NCBI GenBank assembly: GCA_045807245.1
Contig: JBJMHS010000044.1
Coordinates: 1 to 41,914, forward strand
DNA length: 41,914 nucleotides
Direction: 5' to 3'
Source of the DNA: Actinomycetales bacterium
Lineage (GTDB): Bacteria > Actinomycetota > Actinomycetes > Actinomycetales > CAVURS01
Each line of letters starts with the position of its first letter. Positions within the stretch are counted from its first letter, which is position 1. Under the pieces are notes generated by a model. It saw only the letters and a program-made list of their open reading frames with translations, did no database searches and had not been told where the DNA came from. The translations under genes were made by a program, and so were the position numbers. Shown here piece after piece: positions 36,234 to 41,914 of this stretch.

Positions 36234-38609
36234 TCAGGGGACGATGACGAAGGCGGCGCTCACCCCGGCACCGACGCCGAGCGCGCCCGTCGCCGCGGGC
36301 AGCATCTCGCCCGGCGTACCGCTGTCCGCGTTCTGGCCGTTCGCCTTCGCGGCGCCCCACACCCAGACCGAGCCGTCGCTGACCAGCGCGACGTCGACGT
36401 CGCCGCCGGCGGCCACCTTGGTGAACGTCTGGCCCGACGGAGGCGCGACGGCCTTCGGCGTGTTCGAGTGACCGGTGATCGCGCCGTCACCCAGCTGGCC
36501 GTGGTTGTCGCTGCCCCACGTCGCGATGCTGCCGTCGGCAAGCACCGCCGCGCCGCCGGAGATCGCGGTCGCGTTCAGGAAGCCGGTGCCACCGACACCG
36601 ATGACCTTGGCCGGGGTCGAGCTGCTCGTGACGCCGGTGCCCTGACCGAGGGCGCCGTTGTCGTTGGATCCCCAGGCCCAGACGTTGCCGGTCCCGTCGA
36701 GCGCGTAGCTGGTGTCACCGTTCTGCGCGACCGACACGATGCCGGACAGGCCCGTGACCTGGACCGGCGTGGGGCTGAAGCTGCTGCCGAGCGCGGCGTC
36801 GCCCAGCTGGTTCTGGCTGTTGTCGCCCCAGGCGAAGACGGTGCCGTCGTCGAGGGCGGCCAGACCGGCCCCGATCGCCACCGCTGCGTGGCTCGTGGTC
36901 AGGCCGGGCACCTTCGCCGGGTGGAAGTTGTCCGTCGTACCGCCGTTGCCGAGCTGGCCCTGGTCGTTCAGACCCCACGACCACACGTCACCGGCGGCAT
37001 CGAGCGCGTAGGCGTCGGACGGCGAGCCGGCCACCGCAGTGACCGTGGCGGACAGACCGTCGGTGATCCGCACCGGGATGCTGCAGTTGCCGAAGCCGAC
37101 GTCGGTCGGCTGGCTCTGGCCGTAGAGCTGCACCAGCTCCTCCGGGCCCCAGCCCCAGACGTTGCCGTCGTTGCTCACGGCCAGGCCGTCGCCGTCGATG
37201 CTCTTCAGGTCCCGCAGGAACGGCGGCATCGCGACGGGCGTCTTGGTGCTCGTGATCGTGCCGACGCCGAGCTCGCCGAGGGTGTTTTCACCCCAGGCCT
37301 TGGCGGTCTTGGCGCCCGGGCCGACCGCGACCTTGGTGAGGAAGTAGCCCGACACGTCGGCGAGCAGGTGGGTCGACCCGTTCGAGCCGTTGTAGAGGGT
37401 GGCCTTGCCACACAGGCCCGGCTGGATGATCGCCGCGTTGGCGATCGTCTGGGCCGCGGTGTGGTTCAGGTTCGACACCGTGGGCCGGGTGGGGTCGGTC
37501 GGGTACGCCGTGACATACCCGGAGCGCGTCTCAGCGGTGGCCGTGATGTTGGTGACGACCGCAGACACGTTGGTCAGCGGGACCGCGACACCGTCGGTGA
37601 TCTGCAGGCCGACGTCCATCCGCGCCGGGACCGCCGTCGACGACGGCGTGCCCTTGCCGACGACGCGCGTGTCGAGCAGGCGCGTCGGCTGGATCGCCGT
37701 GAAGGTGCCGCCCTTGGTGGCGGTGCCGCTGAGGTAGTAGCCGGCCACGTCGGCGATGAGGTTCACCGTGCCGTTGGAGCCGTTGAAGAGCGTTACTTTG
37801 CCACTGCCACTGAGGCCGACGGTGACGAGGTTCGGCACGGTCCGGCCCGCGGTGAAGTTGAGGTTCGAGGCGGTCGGCCGAGCCGCTCCCTGCGGGTAGA
37901 CCGTGATGTAGCCGGTCCTCGTGGCCGACGTCGCGGTGACGTTCATGACGACCGCGCCGGCGCCACTGCCCGGTACGCCGCCCGCGCCCGAGACCTGGAG
38001 GGTGAGGCTCTGCCCCGCGCCGACGGCCGCCGTGGGTGCCCCCGTGCCGTTGCGGGTGTCCAGGACGCGGGCCGGTGCCAGCGAGACGAAGGCGCCGGAG
38101 TCGGAGACGATGCCGTTCTGGTAGTAGCCGGACACGTCGGCGATCACGTCCACCCCGGCGCCGCCACCGTTGTACAGCGAGACCTGGCCCGTGCCGCCGA
38201 CGGCGACGGTGACCAGGTTCGCCACCGTCTGACCGGCAGCGAAGTTGAGGTTCGAGACGACCGGCCGGGTGGTCCCGCCCGGGAAGGCCGTGAGGTAGCC
38301 ACCGGTCGAGCCCGCGACGACGGTGACGTTGAGGACAACGGCCGAGACGCCGGTAGCCGGTACGCCGCCCTGCCCGGCCACGTCGAACGACAGGGTCGCG
38401 TGCGAGGCGACCTTGGCCTTCGGCGCGCCGGTGCCGTTGCGGGTGTCGAGCACCCGGGCCGGCGTCAGCGGGGTGAAGCTGCCGTTCACCGACGCGGCCA
38501 CGGCGCCGAGTGAGTGGGTGGTGGCCAGCGCTGCTGACGGTGCGGCGGCCAGAACTGCGGCCAGGGCGACGGAGCCGGCAACGAGCCGGCCGAGCGTTGC
38601 GTTCTTCAC
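36234..38609 (-). CDS. Secreted protein: three tandem 'PARVLDTR' domains plus RCC1-like beta-propeller
   Basis: Signal peptide; three repeats of P.R.LDTR...VV.NVT...GY.T..P...SNLN...ADV.GYY; C-terminal WG.N..GQLG repeats. Confidence 0.88.
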   Translation of the reverse strand: MKNATLGRLVAGSVALAAVLAAAPSAALATTHSLGAVAASVNGSFTPLTPARVLDTRNGTGAPKAKVASHATLSFDVAGQGGVPATGVSAVVLNVTVVAGSTGGYLTAFPGGTTRPVVSNLNFAAGQTVANLVTVAVGGTGQVSLYNGGGAGVDVIADVSGYYQNGIVSDSGAFVSLAPARVLDTRNGTGAPTAAVGAGQSLTLQVSGAGGVPGSGAGAVVMNVTATSATRTGYITVYPQGAARPTASNLNFTAGRTVPNLVTVGLSGSGKVTLFNGSNGTVNLIADVAGYYLSGTATKGGTFTAIQPTRLLDTRVVGKGTPSSTAVPARMDVGLQITDGVAVPLTNVSAVVTNITATAETRSGYVTAYPTDPTRPTVSNLNHTAAQTIANAAIIQPGLCGKATLYNGSNGSTHLLADVSGYFLTKVAVGPGAKTAKAWGENTLGELGVGTITSTKTPVAMPPFLRDLKSIDGDGLAVSNDGNVWGWGPEELVQLYGQSQPTDVGFGNCSIPVRITDGLSATVTAVAGSPSDAYALDAAGDVWSWGLNDQGQLGNGGTTDNFHPAKVPGLTTSHAAVAIGAGLAALDDGTVFAWGDNSQNQLGDAALGSSFSPTPVQVTGLSGIVSVAQNGDTSYALDGTGNVWAWGSNDNGALGQGTGVTSSSTPAKVIGVGGTGFLNATAISGGAAVLADGSIATWGSDNHGQLGDGAITGHSNTPKAVAPPSGQTFTKVAAGGDVDVALVSDGSVWVWGAAKANGQNADSGTPGEMLPAATGALGVGAGVSAAFVIVP

Positions 38610-38814
38610 GGGTGGTGCCCTCCAAGGCGTCGATCGCCCGCGCAGCGTAGCCAGTCGGTCGCCATGCGCACTGTCTGTTTGACAGAGATTCCCCTACTCG
38701 CCGCGCAGCCGGGTGCGGACTCCGGACAAGCCTTGACCTGTTCGTTGCAACGCCGTGGCTCTTCGGCGCGGGTCGGCTACCCCCTGCGAGGACCCGGCTG
38801 GCAGGCTGTGCGCC

Positions 38815-40152
38815 ATGGACAGGCAGCAGGAGTTCGTGCTCCGCACCATCGAGGAGCGCGACATCCGCTTCGTGCGGCTCTGGTTCACCGACGTGCTCGG
38901 CACGTTGAAGTCGGTGGCCGTCGCGCCGGCCGAGCTCGAGGGCGCCTTCGCCGAAGGGATCGGCTTCGACGGCAGCGCGATCGAAGGCTTCGCGCGGGTC
39001 TACGAGTCGGACATGCTCGCCAAGCCGGACCCCTCGACCTTCCAGGTGCTCCCGTGGCGCGGCGAGAACCCCGGTACGGCGCGCATGTTCTGCGACATCC
39101 ACCTGCCCGACGGCTCACCGAGCCTGGCCGACCCGCGCCACGTCCTGAAGCGGGCGCTCGCCAAGGCCGCGGACCTGGGCTACACCTTCTACACCCACCC
39201 GGAGATCGAGTTCTTCGTCGTCAAGCAGGGCTTCCAGCCCGGCGAGTCGCCGGTCCCCGTGGACCAGGCCGGCTACTTCGACCACGTCCCGCACGGTACG
39301 ACGCACGACTTCCGGCGCGCGGCGATCACGATGCTCGAGTCGATGGGCATCTCGGTGGAGTTCAGCCACCATGAGGGTGCGCCGGGCCAGAACGAGATCG
39401 ACCTCCGCTATGCCGACGCGCTGACGACGGCGGACAACATCATGACGTTCCGCACGGTGATCAAGGAGGTCGCGCTCGAGCAGGGCGTCTACGCGACGTT
39501 CATGCCCAAGCCGTTCCGGCAGCACCCGGGCTCCGGCATGCACACCCACCTCAGCCTGTTCGAGGGCGACCGGAATGCGTTCCACGAGAACGGCGCGAGC
39601 TACCAGCTGAGCAAAGTCGGCCGGCACTTCATCGCCGGGCTGCTGCGACATGCGGGTGAGCTCACCGCAGTCACCAACCAGTGGGTCAACTCCTACACCC
39701 GGCTGTGGGGCGGCGGTGAGGCTCCGGCGTACGTGTGCTGGGGGCACAACAACCGGTCGGCCCTCGTCCGCGTCCCGATGTACAAGCCGGCCAAGGGCCA
39801 GTCGACGCGGGCCGAGTTCCGCTCGCTCGACTCGGCCTGCAACCCCTACCTCGCCTTCGCGGTGATGCTGGCGGCCGGGCTCAAGGGGATCGAGGAGGCG
39901 TACGACCTGCCGGACGAGGCGGAGGACGACGTCTGGGGCCTCACCGACTCCGAGCGCCGCGCGATGGGTATCGAACCGCTGCCGACCAACCTCTCGTCCG
40001 CGATCAGGCGGATGGAGGAGAGCGAGCTCGTCGCCGAGACTCTCGGCGAGCATGTCTTCGACTTCGTGCTCCGCAACAAGCGCGCGGAGTGGCTCGACTA
40101 CCGCTCGCAGGTCACGCCGTTCGAGCTGGAGCGCTACCTGCCGGTGCTGTAG
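38815..40152 (+). CDS. glnA2: Glutamine synthetase type I family, GlnA2-like
   Basis: MDRQQEFVLRTIEERDIRFVRLWFTDVLG, FDGSAIEGF, HHEGAPGQNEI, FMPKP, GSGMHTH, NNRSALVRVP; directly upstream of glnE. Confidence 0.93.
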   Translation: MDRQQEFVLRTIEERDIRFVRLWFTDVLGTLKSVAVAPAELEGAFAEGIGFDGSAIEGFARVYESDMLAKPDPSTFQVLPWRGENPGTARMFCDIHLPDGSPSLADPRHVLKRALAKAADLGYTFYTHPEIEFFVVKQGFQPGESPVPVDQAGYFDHVPHGTTHDFRRAAITMLESMGISVEFSHHEGAPGQNEIDLRYADALTTADNIMTFRTVIKEVALEQGVYATFMPKPFRQHPGSGMHTHLSLFEGDRNAFHENGASYQLSKVGRHFIAGLLRHAGELTAVTNQWVNSYTRLWGGGEAPAYVCWGHNNRSALVRVPMYKPAKGQSTRAEFRSLDSACNPYLAFAVMLAAGLKGIEEAYDLPDEAEDDVWGLTDSERRAMGIEPLPTNLSSAIRRMEESELVAETLGEHVFDFVLRNKRAEWLDYRSQVTPFELERYLPVL

Positions 40153-40159
40153 GCCGGTT

Positions 40160-41914
40160 GTGACCAGCGCACCGTCCGGCCGAGAGCTGACCCGCGTCGG
40201 GCGGCTGGCCCGGCTCGGCTTCCGTGAGCCCGCGCGGGCGGACGTCCTGCTGCACGACCCAGCGCTCGCGGGCTTGACCGACCCGCTCGAGGACGTGTTC
40301 GACGACGGCTTGGTGGCTGCGCTGTCGAGTACGGCGGACCCGGACCGCGCGCTGCTCGGCCTGGTCCGGCTGATGGAGTCGCTCGCGGCCCTCGGTGCGC
40401 GCGAGGACGCGGCCGGCGTCGAGGAGCGGGCAGCCGACCCCGCGGGCCTGCGCGCCCTGCTGCGTACCGGTGGGGTCGTCCGCGACCGGCTGTTGGCGGT
40501 CCTCGGAGCGTCCGTCGCCCTCGGCGACCACCTGGCTCGGCACCCCGACGACTGGACGGCCCTTGAGTCGGACGGTCCATCGTCGGTGGACGAGCTGCGC
40601 GCCGACCTCGTCGACGCGGTAAGGGGAAGCGCTGGCAGCCCGAGTTCCGTTGCTGGACATAGGCATTCGGCGTACGACGCATTGCGCCGTTCTTACCGAC
40701 GCCGCCTGCTCGCTCTCGCCGGACGCGACCTGCACAGCTCTGACCCCGCAGCCGACCTGCCGGAGATCGCCCGCCGGCTCGCCGACCTCGCCGACGCCGC
40801 CGTGGGCGCCGCCCTCGTTATCGCCGAGGCGGAGCATCCCGGGTCGGAGGCGCTCTGTCGCCTCGCCGTCATCGGCATGGGCAAGCTCGGTGGTCAGGAG
40901 CTGAACTACGTCAGCGACGTCGACGTGATCTTCGTGGCCGAGCCGGTCGAGGGCGTCGATGAGGTCACGGCACTGGATGCCGCGACGCGTCTCGCGTCCT
41001 CGTTGATGCGCGCCTGTTCGGCGTCGACGGCCGAGGGGACGCTGTGGCCGGTCGACGCCGCGTTGCGCCCGGAGGGCAAGGCCGGCTCCCTGGTGCGCAC
41101 TTTGGCCAGCCACGTCAGCTACTACGAGCGCTGGGCCAAGACGTGGGAGTTCCAGGCGTTGCTCAAGGCGCGGCCGGTCGCGGGCGACGTCGCCCTGGGG
41201 GAGCGGTACGTCGAGGCCATCGGCTCGCTGGTCTGGTCCTCGACCGAGCGCGAGGACTTCGTCGCCGACGTCCAGGCCATGCGCCGGCGGGTGGAGGAGC
41301 ACGTGCCGGCGGCCGACGCGGACCGCCAGCTCAAGCTCGGCAAGGGCGGACTGCGCGACGTCGAGTTCAGCGTCCAGCTGCTCCAGCTGGTCCACGGCCG
41401 CACCGACGAGTCTCTGCGCAGCAGAACGACATTGGATGCGCTGGCCGCTCTGTCGGCCGGTGGCTACGTGGCTCGGGACGACGCGGCCAGCCTCGATGCG
41501 GCGTACCGAGTCTTGCGCTGCCTGGAGCACCGCGTGCAGCTGCACCGGCTGCGTCGCACTCATCTCATGCCGACGAGCGAGGACGACCTGCGATGGCTCG
41601 GCCGGAGTATGGGTCATCGGGCGAACCCCGCGCACTCCGTGCAGGGTCAGTGGCAGCGGCAGGCCCGCGAGGTGCGGCGGCTGCACGAGGGGATCTTCTA
41701 CCGCCCGCTACTCGCGGCCGTGGCCCGGCTGAGCTCGGATGACGCGAAGCTCAGCCCCGAGGCTGCTCGAGAACGCTTGTCCGCGTTGGGTTTCCGCGAT
41801 CCAGGTGCTGCCATGAGGCACATCGCCGCGCTCACCGAGGGGGTGAGCCGCCGGGCGGCCATGCAACGCACGCTGCTGCCGGTCATGCTCGGTTGGTTCG
41901 CCGACGAGGCCGAC
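40160..41914 (+). CDS. glnE: Bifunctional GS adenylyltransferase/deadenylase (5' part; runs off window end)
   Basis: Read manually: GTG 40160, LARLGF, LAVIGMGKLGGQELNYVSDVDVIF, VDAALRPEGK, WEFQALLKAR, KLGKGGLRDVEFSVQLLQL; open to the window end. Confidence 0.95.
   Translation, partial: MTSAPSGRELTRVGRLARLGFREPARADVLLHDPALAGLTDPLEDVFDDGLVAALSSTADPDRALLGLVRLMESLAALGAREDAAGVEERAADPAGLRALLRTGGVVRDRLLAVLGASVALGDHLARHPDDWTALESDGPSSVDELRADLVDAVRGSAGSPSSVAGHRHSAYDALRRSYRRRLLALAGRDLHSSDPAADLPEIARRLADLADAAVGAALVIAEAEHPGSEALCRLAVIGMGKLGGQELNYVSDVDVIFVAEPVEGVDEVTALDAATRLASSLMRACSASTAEGTLWPVDAALRPEGKAGSLVRTLASHVSYYERWAKTWEFQALLKARPVAGDVALGERYVEAIGSLVWSSTEREDFVADVQAMRRRVEEHVPAADADRQLKLGKGGLRDVEFSVQLLQLVHGRTDESLRSRTTLDALAALSAGGYVARDDAASLDAAYRVLRCLEHRVQLHRLRRTHLMPTSEDDLRWLGRSMGHRANPAHSVQGQWQRQAREVRRLHEGIFYRPLLAAVARLSSDDAKLSPEAARERLSALGFRDPGAAMRHIAALTEGVSRRAAMQRTLLPVMLGWFADEAD

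Noticed and set aside
38660..38755. Possible GlnR box and short palindromes (CTGTC-N5-GACAG, CGTTGCAACG) upstream of glnA2
   Set aside because: Poor match to GTnAC-N6-GaAAC, and too short to assign.
33575..41686. Long antisense ORFs 33575..35587, 36105..38513, 39115..40053, 40112..41686
   Set aside because: Mirror frames of nadE, the RCC1 gene, glnA2 and glnE, with no recognisable motifs.

Overview
High-GC actinobacterial chromosomal segment (gene order and protein style suggest Micrococcales such as Intrasporangiaceae; this is inference). The backbone is the conserved actinomycete block: fabD (partial), FasR/MabR-type PucR regulator, aceE, DUF3052, ahpE, tRNA-Val(TAC), Nif3-like, zinc-ribbon protein, RNase HI, rnpB, ppgK, map, panB, nadE, glnA2 and glnE (partial). 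Accessory genes are interleaved: fdhD directly upstream of aceE, a DUF5994/ANTAR/membrane-protein operon after tRNA-Val, a DUF1737-rhodanese-metZ unit, and an ArsB-like permease. Others are an RNB nuclease, a sulfotransferase-fold protein, a cluster of secreted proteins after rnpB, a stand-alone homocysteine methyltransferase domain, a four-gene ABC exporter and a secreted RCC1-repeat protein. I found no integrase, transposase, prophage or CRISPR array. The most notable observations are: (1) RNase HI lacks its usual C-terminal phosphatase and instead reads in frame into DUF1737, which has its own apparent internal leaderless promoter, joining two operons; (2) a probable CTG start codon for the zinc-ribbon gene; (3) TTGT-N9-ACAA-type operators suggesting FasR/MabR autoregulation; (4) REP-like palindromes, including identical 26-bp direct repeats around a secreted-protein gene; (5) many apparently leaderless genes. 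Family names come from recalled motifs, not from database searches.
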